The notes beneath the pieces were generated by a model. It searched no databases and was not told where the DNA came from. It saw only the letters and a program-made list of their open reading frames with translations. The position numbers and the translations under genes are program-made. From contig NC_043013.1 in NCBI RefSeq assembly GCF_006345805.1, positions 33,232,001 to 33,296,000 on the forward strand: a DNA stretch of 64,000 bases. The letters run 5' to 3'. The DNA is from Octopus sinensis. Its lineage: Eukaryota. How positions within the stretch are numbered: the first letter of the stretch is position 1; the number at the start of each line of letters is the position of its first letter. Positions 29,995 to 43,615 of the stretch are shown here, one piece after another.

Positions 29995-30160
29995 TGCGCC
30001 CTTTTCAAGCCTAGCCAGGCTCATGGGGCCAGTTTCCCGGTTTCTATGGCGTATATGTCCCTCCCCCAGCTAGACGGGACGCCAATCCATCGCAGCGTTA
30101 CTCAAGAAACAGGAAGAAAGGGTAAAAGGAAGTTGGGGTGAAAGAGAACAACAGAGGTCG
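29995..30160 (-). mobile_element. SINE fragment: family E body with family D tail
   Basis: AAGCCTAGCCAGGCTCATGG...CATCGCAGCGTTACTC matches 61410-61510; the adjacent block matches the family E body. Confidence 0.7.
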
Positions 30161-30187
30161 CTAATAATGAATTTACTTACAGTCATC

Positions 30188-30285
<98 letters not shown>

Positions 30286-30310
30286 GTCTGTCTGTCTGTC
30301 TGTCTGTGTG
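30188..30310. repeat. (CTAT)n(CTGT)n microsatellite
   Basis: Direct reading. Confidence 0.95.
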
Positions 30311-30415
30311 TCTATCTAACTCCCTCTCTCACTGTATCCTATCTATTAATCAATCGATCGATCTGTCTGTACCAAATGTATGTATGAATCTGTGAGAGCG
30401 TGTGTGTTTTCATGC

Positions 30416-30475
<60 letters not shown>

Positions 30476-31054
30476 GCGTATGTATTCATTGATATGCTAA
30501 ACTTGGAAAAACAGTTGAAGAGGCTTCTGTCAATGTCAAATACAGAGTATTCAATACATGCATGCATAATATTTTCCTCTATTCACTCTTCCAGCTGTAA
30601 CCTGGTAGGTAGGGTCATTTTGCAATATGATCTATTTCGTGAGAAATTCTAAGTGATAAATTTTCTCGTTATTCACCTGTAGAAATCGGGGAATTTTTTT
30701 TTTGTTTTTTGCATGAGGTAACACTTTTGTTCATCTATAAATAACACGTCTGAAACAGCTGTAGTGAACCTCAACGCAACTCTGTTATTTTTTATTCTTC
30801 ACTTAATTTGAAACCTTCCATACGTTCGGATCGTGCAGTGAGTTACTCCTGCGTGACTTCGAATACACGTAGTACATTTGAATGTGTGCATAACTGGAAT
30901 GACAAATCCTTACTTCTATTAAACAGTACCTATAAGTCAGTACACATTGTTAGTGCTCTAGTGCGCCATCTGCGACTCTAACTTGGTCAGTTACTATCTA
31001 AATGCCTAATTCTACCGGATCCAGACATTTTCTATATAAATGCATACATGCATA

Positions 31055-31460
31055 CAGGCGTAGGAGTGGCTGTGTGGTAAGTAGCTTGCTTACCAACCAC
31101 ATAGTTCCTGGTTCAGTGGCAGCTTGGTTGTCTTCTACTACAGCTTCGGGCCGACCAAAGCCTTGTGAGTGGATTTGGTAGACGGAAACTGAAAGAAGCC
31201 CGTCGTACATATGTATATATATATATGTGCGTGTGTGTATGCTTGTGTGTCTGTGTTTGTCTTCCCAACATCGCTTGACAACCGATGCTGGTGTGTTTAC
31301 GTCCCCGTAACATTGCGTTTCGACAAAATAGACCGATAGAATAAGTACTAGACTTACAAAGAATAAGTCCTAGGGTCAATTTGCTCGACTAAAAGGCGGT
31401 GCTCCAGCATGGCCACAGTCAAATGACTGAAACAAGTAAAAGATTAAAAAAGAGTAAAAG
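31055..31460 (+). mobile_element. SINE family B, full length with an internal deletion in the head
   Basis: GGCGTAGGAGTGGCTGTGTGGTAAG...GGAAACTGAAAGAAGCCCGTCG...GAAACAAGTAAAAGA. Confidence 0.9.
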
Positions 31461-32858
31461 AGTATACACACACACACACACATATATATCAACAATATTA
31501 ATAATACGGATTACTACGAAGTTGCAGAGCATTACTTTTAATTCTTTAATTTATATATCACTTCACATAGATCAACACCTGTTTCAACAACGCGGATTTA
31601 TATATATATATATATACGTATACTCATATATATTCTATCTAATGCAAACTATTACTAATTATTTCATAAGGTATCTATGCATATAATATAGAATAACACA
31701 CGAGAAATACATACCTATGAGCATAAATACTAATACATAAATAAACATACAAATAAATAAATAAAAATTACAATGAAAACATAAAGGACAAAGAAAATAA
31801 TATCACCTAAAACTATCACCATCAGCACTACCAAAACATAGCAACAACAGCAACAAGAAGAACAGCAATAATAGCAACAACAACACTGATGATAATGATG
31901 AAAATAGAAGCGAATGCCACATCTGCCCTCAAAAAATCACCTCCAGATTTTTATTTTCCAAATCATGAGAAAGAGAAAACAATAGACAGCTAAGGCATTT
32001 ATTCCAAGAAACCCTTAGAATGGAGAAAATAATCGTTGGTATTATAAGGGAAAATCCGATTAAACTCTTACTATAGTTGCTAAGATTCGAAACTTTAAAA
32101 AGAATTATTGCGTTATAAACATAAATAGGTTGATTACAAATTGAAATATCTGTTGAAAATCTTGAGACGGAATTTTCTATGTATTATATAATACCGTTGT
32201 TGTTTATTTCAACCAGAATAGCTACGGCCTTGCTGGAGCACTGTCTTTCTTTGAAAAACGAAAATTGGTATAAAAAAAACTTTAAGGAGAAAAAGAAATG
32301 AAAAGCAATACACACACCTACGCACGTGCGTTACCACACAAAGGAAAATAGATCTCATTTTCTACGATTCCTAATAAACAATGAAATTATTTTTGTTATT
32401 AAATTTACATTGACAAGTTTAAAACCTTATATAAAAGCGCTATATATGTTACCATATATCCATATTATCCATATATATATATTTACATATATACATATGC
32501 GTATATATATGTGGGTGTATATACATACGTACACATACATAAATATTATATGTATGCATATATACGCAAACACACACAAATATATATTTGATTATAAATA
32601 TATATATAATATATATATGTGTGCATATGCACATGCATATATCTATATATTTATCAATATATATATGTATATATATTTGTATATATATATATATGTATAT
32701 ATATATATAATATGTATATATATATATATTTATATATATATGTGTGTGTACATGTGTGTATGTATGTATATATGTCCTTCGTTATCGAATTCTTCACTGT
32801 CTTCTTTCATGATTATCCTTAGTTATGTCAGTATTGTTGTTGTTGTCGATATTCTTCC

Positions 32859-32896
<38 letters not shown>

Positions 32897-32940
32897 TTAT
32901 TATTATTATTATTATTATCTGTAGTAGTAGTAGTAGTGGC

Positions 32941-32983
<43 letters not shown>

Positions 32984-33758
32984 ATGGCGTTAGAAACAGC
33001 AGTAACAACAGCAACACTATGAAATAATACGGCGACTGGTATTCGTATTTGAAGTTCCGCCGAAAACGGGTTGTCCTAACATGTGTATTGTGTGTGTGAG
33101 AATAACAATAAGTGTATATACAGATGTTTTTGTGTGCGTGTTCGCTTGAGTGTGTGCATGTAAGCATATACATACGTATATATGCATATATATATGTCTG
33201 TCTATGTATGTATGTATATATATTTATATATTTATATATACATATATACATACATACACATATATATGTATATATATATACATTATATATATATACATAT
33301 ATACATACATACATATATATATATATATAATATATAATAGATATATATATATAAAGAGTCACATACGAAGATTGTGTGCACGCGCATAAGTTTTAATGTA
33401 CCTAAGTGGGCATAAGTGAATATATGCATATGACCATATATATATACATACATAGATACATACATACACACACACACACATCACATATATATATATACAT
33501 TAACATATACAACTATATCCATATCTACATACATATTTGCATATATTTATGTATACATGACTATGTACGCATGTCCGTATAAATATCTGTATATACGTTT
33601 GCAAACACGTTTCATGTTTTCAAAATATATCAGAATGTTTATATATTAATTGTATAAAATAATCTTGTTTGACGGTTTAATTCTAAAGTAGTTTAATTTC
33701 ATTGCTTTCAAAGATATTTGCTTTCATAGAACAAAAACAAGTGTTTGTTAATACTTAC

Positions 33759-33911
33759 CAGTAATAACGAAATACAAAGGGAATTTGCCTGCTTTTCTAC
33801 ATTGTCTTTTCCTTTCGAAGTTTATTGTTAACATTTTCTTTTCAGTCTTTTTGTTTCAATAGGTGTTTATTTACGTAGTTATTTATTTGATTTGCAATTC
33901 TTTAACACGAT
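33759..33911 (-). CDS. Candidate exon E1 (153 nt) containing an ATG at 33834
   Basis: Very long polypyrimidine acceptor ...TTTTTCTATATTTTTTCCGATAG| and consensus donor CTG|GTAAGT. Encodes MLTINFERKRQCRKAGKFPLYFVIT+1 nt (basic n-region, then start of a hydrophobic stretch). Confidence 0.45.
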
Positions 33912-34084
33912 CTATCGGAAAAAATATAGAAAAATATAGAAAACAAAAAAAAACAACAGAAATTTCTATTGTGTAAATAAAAATGGCCAAAAAGCATAAG
34001 TATATTAGATGCTCAACAACAAAAGCTATATCGATATACTCATTCGTTCAGACGCCACCATTCACACTCATACATATAAGAATA

Positions 34085-34110
34085 TATGTGTGTGTGTATA
34101 TATATATATA

Positions 34111-34141
<31 letters not shown>

Positions 34142-34412
34142 TGTATGTATGTATGTATGTATGTATGTATGTATGTACGTATATATATGTATATTTATAC
34201 ACAACTATCTATTTATCTATATATCTGTCTATCTATCTATCTATCTATCTGTCACCCTCTCTCTCTCCATATATATATATATTATATATATATATATATA
34301 TATAATATACATATACAATATATATATTAATATATACATATATATAATATATATAATTATACTATATACATATATACATTATATATATAATATATATATA
34401 ATAACTATATAC

Positions 34413-34501
<89 letters not shown>

Positions 34502-35071
34502 TATATATATATGTATATATATATATAATATATATGTATATAAATATATATATCTATATGTATATATATATATATAATTGTATATTATATGTATATATAC
34601 CATATATATGTGTATATTATATATATATATATACATATTATATATGTATATATATATATAACTGTATATATATGTATATACTACATTATATGTTATATAT
34701 ATATAATATATGTATATATACAATATATTATATGTTAATATATATATACGTATATATATATATTATATACGTTATATATGTATATATATACGTATGTATA
34801 TATATGTAATATATATATATATCTATATATAATATATATATGTAATATATATACATATAATATGTCTATATATATATATGTATATATATATATAATACAT
34901 AATATGTCTATATATATATATGTATATATATATATATTACATATATTGTCTATATATATATATGTATATATATATATACATATATATTGTCTATATATAT
35001 ATATGTATATATTATAATAATACATATATTGTCTATAATATATATATCTATATATCTATACATATATAATA

Positions 35072-35111
<40 letters not shown>

Positions 35112-35205
35112 TATTAATATATATACATATATATATGTCTATATATATATATATATAATGTATGTGGTGACTATATATGTATTTATATATATATATATAT
35201 ATTGG
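34085..35205. repeat. 1.1-kb (TATG)n/(TA)-rich tract with GTC-anchored higher-order units near 34855-35150
   Basis: Direct reading. Confidence 0.9.
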
Positions 35206-35487
35206 AAATAGCTATTTAGTGTAAAATCTACGGAGAACGGTACACTTAAGTTCGTTTGACGGTGGTTTATTGAATCAAAGTGGGTGGGTACCTGAGTAAG
35301 ATTACAAGCAAAACATAAATCTTAGTGAACTCGAATTTACAATAAGCTTGATTCTGCACAAGTGAATGATCTATTGTTATGCTTAAAGATATTTAGATTG
35401 ATAAGCCAAAATTCCACATTTGAAGCTATTTCTTCCACAAACTAGACCAACACTTAATAGATGCAATAAATAAGAAAACTTGTGAAT

Positions 35488-35738
35488 TATATTTTCAGTG
35501 AAATACAAGCAATATCAAAGAAGAAAGACTACCGTAGACTTCATTTACAGAAAAATTGTGCTTAACAAAATGAATAAGATGAAAAATCTGCTTCTGCGTC
35601 AAAAATCCATCGCACGGATCAGATAGAAATAATTACGGACTTTTCATCTTATTCATTTTGTTAAGCACAATTTTTCTGTAAATGAAGTCTACGGTAGTCT
35701 TTCTTCTTTGATATTGCTTGTATTTCACTGAAAATATA
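35488..35738. repeat. Perfect 98-bp inverted repeat with a 55-nt spacer
   Basis: 35488-35585 is the exact reverse complement of 35641-35738 (checked base by base). An extra 11-bp outer pairing (35480-35490 with 35749-35759) is an alternative register overlapping the arm end by 3 nt. Confidence 0.97.
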
Positions 35739-38700
35739 TGTTGTCTGCATAATTCACAAAGGGTGACTCAGCGGTACCAAACTGAATCCAGACAAAATAA
35801 CCACTAAGGTTCTAGGTCGAATCTACCAAATCGGAAAAACAAAAATAGGAAAATTACGTGGCTTAACACTTGCGACATTAAAGTAATCTTAGCCTGATGA
35901 TTGGCGTAGTTGAGTACTCCTTATTGCATAACTATTACAGCAGACATTCAGCTAGCTAAGAAACATATGTAGCGTGCATATATAACATATGTAGCGTGCA
36001 TTGTACCTATAGCAGCTCTAGTTGTTAACTGGTAGCCGTATAAAAGATGATCAGCTTACCAAATTTCCTCGAGTTCCAATATGGGAAAAAAAGTGGTAAC
36101 CTTCGATGCCATTTCGATATTATTGTTCCTTATAGTAACAATGTCCACCTTCACTATATATATTTATATATTATATATATTATATATATATATATATTAT
36201 ATATATATATATATATGTATGTATAAATGGAAAAAAATTTGGAGTTAGCAAGAAGGAGTACAGATGGACATGTATTTTTTAATCACTACAATTTTCTCCA
36301 CGCATTGTTCTTCTCCATCCGTGCAGGTACTGGACGATGCAATTGTTTCTCTGCATTCGTACGGTTTCCCAGCAAATTTAGGACACGACAGACAGAAAGG
36401 ATGTTCTTGAAGCAGAGAATGCGAATTTAGCGAGACAATATTTACATATCGCCCGAGGAAACACAACTAGATCTCATAATGTAACTAAACAATCGCATGA
36501 TAAAGTACGTGGGCGCCGGGAGAACTACGTTGCGTGGAAACAAATGTAGTGATTGAAAAATAAATATCCTACTGTACTCTTTCTCGTTGTCTCGAAATGT
36601 TTTTCAATTATCTATTCACACACGTCAGATGCCCAAACGCAAACCTGGAAGCACAGGGTGAAATCTGAAGGTAGACGAGCATTATACTGTATTTTAGTTT
36701 TTCTAAGCCATGTAAAAGAATTTGGAGTGTTGGTCCTCCAACTAGGGTGTCTGCATGTGAATTCATACATTTATGCATTCAAAAGTAAAATATGTGTGTA
36801 AATAAATACATCATATAGTTAATTCTAGAAGTTATGATAATATTAACAACAAACCATCTGATTCATTCCTACTTTCAATATATCTATTATCCTTTTAAAA
36901 CATTCTTTATATTCTCTGAAATCCAATAATGTTCTATTCACTCCTAACAGTTTGCTATCTGAGGACGCTTTCTTATATGTTAAAAGAATACTGAAGTCTT
37001 ATCTAGTCTAGTCGTGTTTGGAATATGTATTTATATCGGTAATTTCATTTGTATTTTGGTGACTTGGAAAATAACTAATAAAATCTGTAATCGAAAGAAT
37101 TTCGAAAGCACACACAGATTATGGTCTATAAATATATAACACGGTGATTATCCATAAAGCCAAATAGTTATATATATGTAGTGAGGAAAAAAAGAGCAAT
37201 ATTACTGAATGAGCTAAGAAGACAACTTCATATGTGTTTCGATTTTATTTTTACAACCATGGTATTGTGTAGCCTTTAACGAAAGTGTTTAATTAATAGG
37301 TAATTAATCATGATGTAGTTATACAAATTGTACGAGAAAATATTTATGTTTCGGGTAGTTTTACTGGAGATTTGAAAATAATATCTGTCATTGTTTAATG
37401 TTTATTTACAGAATAATATTTATTACTAGTTAGCATTTTAAAGCTAATAAATGTATAATCTGTTTGTATACATCTTGACAAATAAGCCATTAATGAGACA
37501 CATACGGTAGATGCTGCACACTACCGTGGTGGTACAAATAAAATCAAAAATATATCTGAAGTTGTCTCCCTTTCTCAGGGCATTCATTAATATTTCTTTT
37601 TGCTTTTTTTCTTCACCACATATTTATATCTTGTTAGCTTTATGAATGATTACTGTATTATATATTACGTTAACTTTCCTCTTCTTTTATATGTGAATGA
37701 TGTCTCTGAAATATTCAATATAAAATATTGCTGTATCAAAGAAAAAGAAGGAAGCCAATATATTCCCTTATGTAAGAAAGCATAAATTTCTGCGGGATTT
37801 TGTAGAAGAAATGCTGTTTATGGTTATTTGTTTTACTTGCACGTTATAAATTCATGTCAATTTGACGACGTTAAGGTAGCGACAATGAAAGTGGATTTTC
37901 ATAACTCTGGTAGTCTTCCTTTGAAACAGATGAAAGAATATACGAATGATTAACAATTGGAAACAATTGCCGAAATGGCAGCAATAATCCCATCATTAAC
38001 AGAAATATGAAAATGACAATTAAATATATAAAAACGGTAATGCTAAGGGAAAAAATGCTCATTACTATAGTATTAGGAATATTGTCTTTGACGAAAACGG
38101 TTTGTGATAGTGTTAACAGCAAACACATTAATGGCGAATACAATGACAAGAAGGTAATAAAAGAGTAATGGAAAGAACAGTCGAGAAAACGAGAACCACC
38201 AGCCAATGAAGCCTTTATCGAAGGGCACAAATTGCTAGAAATAACAGTTACATATATTTCTAGCACACCATCTTAACATCTTAAAATATAGAGAAGAACT
38301 CATTGGTTAATATAGTTCCAGATATGTTTTTTGGCAGCATTTGGAGCCAGTCGATTTAGAATTGTACACAGTCATCTCAAAATTAACTAGACACCACATT
38401 TATGGAAGATTTACTTCTAGAAACAAAATATTGCCTTTGGTGCATTGCAATACTTAATATATCATTGTGCATAATGCATTAACAAGTGTCAATTACCAGA
38501 TGGTGTCCGCACAAATAAAAAGCTATGATGGGGCGTGTCTATTTACTTTTAAGATGTCTGTCTATATACAGTCATCTAGCATTCGTACCAACACTCTACA
38601 ATCGGATTTCAAATCCAGCTGAGGCTAATTTTGTCTTTTATCTTTTCGGGGTCGATTCGAAAAGTACCAATCTCAGTATTGGATAGGTGGAACTGCTAAA

Positions 38701-39099
38701 GCGTTAGACAGGGTGACTTGCGATGTCCGTTCCAGTCGTTTGCATTTTGATAGCAATGTTTGCAACAGTAGAGGTGCCGAGGTGTTTCAGCTCTAATATG
38801 GCGATTTTTCACTTTGACAACATTGGACTGTTGCCGAGGGGCAGATTTGCATGCATGGATGACTGAATGTGAAAGTTCGTTTTGGAATATGAAGATACCA
38901 AAATGTGACTGGCGAAAAATGCAAAATTATATCTCTGAGTCGTGAAACTAGACGAACCCTTACTAACAGAAAATGTGCTTCCAGCAGACAAGACAAAACA
39001 AACAAAAACCACTGGCAAACATACCAGCCACAATTATACTGAGGAGAAATGGGAATGAAGGCCACTGCATGGCAAATGCTCAACTGGAATCAGAGACCC

Positions 39100-39809
39100 C
39101 GAAATAGATCAAGCCCTTACATATCAGTGTCTACCATACTCTTATCTCAAATAGAAACTGAGGGTGTGTTACTACAGCTTAGAACCAGTCCCTTCCAACT
39201 GGAAATTACCAGAGAAACATCATGAAATATAAACGCAACGCAGCTCATCATGCCGCATATGTGGAGAGCACACAGAGAAAATCAACCACATAATCTCCGG
39301 ATGAAACAGACTGACATCAACAGAATATTTGCAAAGGCATCACAGAGCAACTCAGTAATATACACTGGTCAATATGCCGCACTGACAACCTCCATCACAA
39401 AAGCAATTGGTGGGAACACAAGCCGCTACAAGTTACTCAGAATGCCGTGGTTACCATCCTCTGAAAGTTTAATGTTCAGACAAATTGGAAAATACAGACA
39501 AACTGATATAATCCCATTGGGAATAATCTTATTGAAAAGACTTGTCTTCTGATAGATGTTGCTGCAGCCTCAGTCGACAAAAAGATCTCTGAAAACGTCT
39601 CTTTTACTCTTTTACTTGTTCCAGTCATTTGACTGCGGCCATGCTGGAACAGCCCTTTAGTCGAGCAAATCGACCCCTGGACTTATTCTTTGTAAGACTA
39701 GTACTTATTCTAGCGGTCTCTTTTGCCGAACTGCTAAGTTACGGGACGTAAACACACCGGCATCGGTTGTCAAGCGATGTTGGGGACAAGTACAGACACG
39801 CAAACATAT

Positions 39810-39846
<37 letters not shown>

Positions 39847-40330
39847 CATACGACGGGCTTCTTTCAGTTTCCGTCTACCAAATCCACTCACAAGGCTTTG
39901 GTCGGCCCGAGGCTATAATAGAAGACACTTGCCCAAGGTGCCACGGAGTGGGACTGAACCCAGAACCATGTGGTTGGAAAGCAAGCTACTTACCACACAG
40001 CCACTTCTGCGCCTACCAAAAAACAACATATATAACGACTTTTATATTTAAATGGGAAGAATGCGGCATCTCAAAACCACAATACTACCTATTTATATTG
40101 GAGCACAAGTATGCAGACCAAATTCCGGGCATCCCTCAAGTAAACGAATTACAAAAGACCATACCCATGAGTACCACATATTTTACGCAAATTCCTCTCC
40201 ATGTATATGCAACCTTACTCTCCCAGAATTTTTCTTCCACAGATATCAGTGCCTCCAATTGCAAAGCACCTCACCTGTTATCATCTTCTTGACCCTCCGT
40301 ATGTTTGATTGAGACTTGGTTGCAACTCGT
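39100..40330 (+). mobile_element. Decayed 3' part of an R4/Dong-like LINE (CCHC finger, RH motif, RLE), interrupted by a SINE B
   Basis: CRICGEHTEKINHIISG..., EYLQRHHR, KTCLLIDVA, then after the SINE KTTILPIYIG and IPQVNELQKTI; frameshifted. Confidence 0.8.
39598..40013 (-). mobile_element. SINE family B, full length, nested in the LINE fragment
   Basis: All family B blocks present; the LINE motifs continue on both sides. Confidence 0.93.
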
Positions 40331-40960
40331 ATTAATTAAAGCAAAACCAAAACGTTGCTTGTCAGTTGTTTAATATTAACAAGTTGAACATCCTTTAGTG
40401 AGACTGAACCTGGGACCATAAAATTTGGAATCAACTCCTGCTTCTACTTTATTTGATTATAAATTAATCTTCCAGCCCTCCCATTGGTTTCTATAAAAAT
40501 TACTAGTCATGTTTGGGGTTGATTACCATAAATAAAACAATGTATAAGTCTAAAATAAATTTATTTTAGATTTCCATTTTTCATCACTGCGTATATTTGT
40601 ACATCTAAAGCGGTTACCTTATAATGATGCTTTAGGTGCACAACGCTTGCATTCATGGCAAATATAACTTTATCGTGTTAGATTTTGGAAGAAGTTCTAC
40701 TCTAAATGAAGATATTCTTTTTCGCTACTTTCTGTATATTCTTGATAAATAATTTATCGTTCCTTTGAAAGATATAATTAAAGCAGCGAGGTGGCAGAAT
40801 CGTTAGCACATCAGCTACAGTTTCGCTGCGTGGAATCTTGGGTAAGTGACTTTTACTTCGGCCCTAGGTCAACCAAAGTCACCTGAGAGGACTTTTTGGG
40901 CTGATGCTGGAAGAAGCCTGTTGTGTGTGTGTGTGTGTGCGTGTGTGTGTGTGTGTGTGT

Positions 40961-41003
<43 letters not shown>

Positions 41004-41041
41004 ATGTGTATGTGTGTGTGAGTGTACATATATATATATAT

Positions 41042-41270
41042 GCGAGTTGGCAGAAACGTTAGCACGCCGGGCGAAATGCGTAGCCGTATTTCGTCTGCCG
41101 TTACGTTCTGGGTTCAAATTCCGCCGAGATCTACTTTGCCTTTCATCCTTTCGGGGTCGATAAATTAAGTACCAGTTACGCACTGGGGTCGATGTAATCG
41201 ATTTAATCCCTTTGTCTGTCCTTGTTTGTCCCCTCTGTGTTTAGCCCCTTGTGGGTAGTAAAGAAAATAT
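41042..41270 (+). mobile_element. SINE family A monomer
   Basis: GCGAGTTGGCAGAAACGTTAGCACG...AGCCCCTTGTGGGTAGTAAAGAAA. Confidence 0.92.
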
Positions 41271-41989
41271 TATATATATATATATATATATATTGCAACA
41301 GAATGCTGGAAACTTAGTGCATGTGGTTGATTTTTAAGTGAGTATGTGTGTCTTTGAGTTTTCTCCCCACTTTCACTTGACAACCAGTATTTGTTTACGA
41401 CCCCGTATACGAGCGGTTTGACAAAGGACACCGACAGAAAAAGGACCAGGTATAAAAGGAGGAAATGGTGGGGACGATTTATGCGATTAAACATTTGAAA
41501 GCGGTTTCACAACATAGCCATCGTCCAATGACTGAAGCGAGTAAACGATTAAAGATATACAACAATCGTTCCTGAGCCCTCCATTTGTTTTGAATGCGCT
41601 GTAGTCTTTCTAGTTGATAAGTACTTTATATACTTGTAAGTTTGTGTTTAGTCTAATATTTCTATCTCTGTTTCTTTATAAAGCATTGCAGTAGAGTGTT
41701 CGGCTATGTAAACTGGAAATCGGCCTGTTTGGAAAAATATTCTTACTATCAAGTCATTCCACGAAACCTGATACATTAATTAGTTCCATAACAACCTAAT
41801 TTAGAGCGAACTTTCACAAAAAAAAAATACATGAAAATTTCGAAAACTACTTTTTCATATAAGTACAACAAAAGATTTGCTCTGTTGTGTTTTTAAATTA
41901 GTTGATGGCGCTATGCTTTATTCTATTACGTATATCAGTGTATATTTGCCTTTATTTAATGTGAGACAAAGTTTGTCTGAAGCAGAAGG

Positions 41990-42050
<61 letters not shown>

Positions 42051-42434
42051 GATACACAAACATATGCTTGATTATGTGTGTACAGCACTAACGTTATATG
42101 TGTATTTGTAAGTACGTAGATACGTCACCTTCAACATAAACTTATTTACACCTGATTAGTTACCTGAATGAGGAAAGTTTATTATCTGTCATTCACACCT
42201 ATATTGCATTTTCTTTCCTAGTCATTAGAGAATAATTTCAAAATTTATCTTTCACTGAAGTACACATAATTATGCAGGTATATATACATACATACATACA
42301 TACATAATGCAAACATATATACATACACACACACATATATATATATATATATACATATATAAACACATGTATACATATATGTATGTATGTATATAACACA
42401 AAATATATTGCATATACACTTAAAAATAGTATAA

Positions 42435-42495
<61 letters not shown>

Positions 42496-42787
42496 TAATA
42501 TAATGTAATATTGTATATCTATTCGCATACGCAATTAGCGTTTTGTATATGTGTAGGAATGGATCAAGAATCGCGTTGACTATATTAGCCTGGATTCAAA
42601 TGAAATAACAAAGATGGCGTTTGATAAGGCAAACACTAATCAACACTTCGAGCCCGACTTAATATGGTGAATGTTTCATTATTGTTTCGTTGGAAAGAAT
42701 TTCAAGATAACACACAATTATATGTCAGTAATTATGTATGTATATACGTAGGTTTACACTAATATGATTGTATTTGCCCATATATAA

Positions 42788-42836
<49 letters not shown>

Positions 42837-42852
42837 GTGTGTGTGTGTGTGT

Positions 42853-42899
<47 letters not shown>

Positions 42900-43434
42900 T
42901 GCATATGTATATACTTAGATGGATACACAATACATATATACATATAGATTCACATATATATTTATATATACATATAAATATTATATACGCATTATATGTA
43001 TATTACATACATTTATAAAGATATATATAAATATACACTCGTAAACACACACACACACACACAGACACAGACACACACACACATATATATATATATGCGT
43101 TCATAAAAATATTTTTAAGATAACATAAGTATAATTGTGCGCCTGTGAGTGTGTTAGTGTATTCTGTCAACTTTTTGTTGGATATGTTGAAATTTACGGT
43201 TGTATATTCGTACTAAACTTAAGAAACGTAAGAAAATAAATTGAGAATTTTTTTTTTTTTTTGTTATTTAGATTATTAAAAAAAATATTCAGAGATACGA
43301 TAGACAGAACGAATGTCACGGTGAGAGAGAGGTAGCAGAAAAGAAAAAAAAAAAGAATAAGACGAATTGAGTGAGAAAAGGATTATGATAAAAACAGAGA
43401 CACAATGTCTGTTCCTTTGCTCGGTCGTAAATAA

Positions 43435-43502
<68 letters not shown>

Positions 43503-43512
43503 GTAGTAGTAT

Positions 43513-43605
<93 letters not shown>

Positions 43606-43615
43606 TGATGATGAT
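43435..43615. repeat. (TAG)n(AAT)n(GAT)n compound microsatellite
   Basis: Direct reading. Confidence 0.95.

Noticed and set aside
30960-30975. AGATGGCGC / CTCF- or YY1-like motifs (also ~6797, ~42612, ~62907)
   Set aside because: Only partial motif matches, some inside transposon relics; not distinguishable from chance.
36227-36530. GC-richer unique stretch with short ORFs and a plus-strand acceptor-like site
   Set aside because: No recognisable motif, stops interrupt each frame and there is no phase-compatible partner exon.
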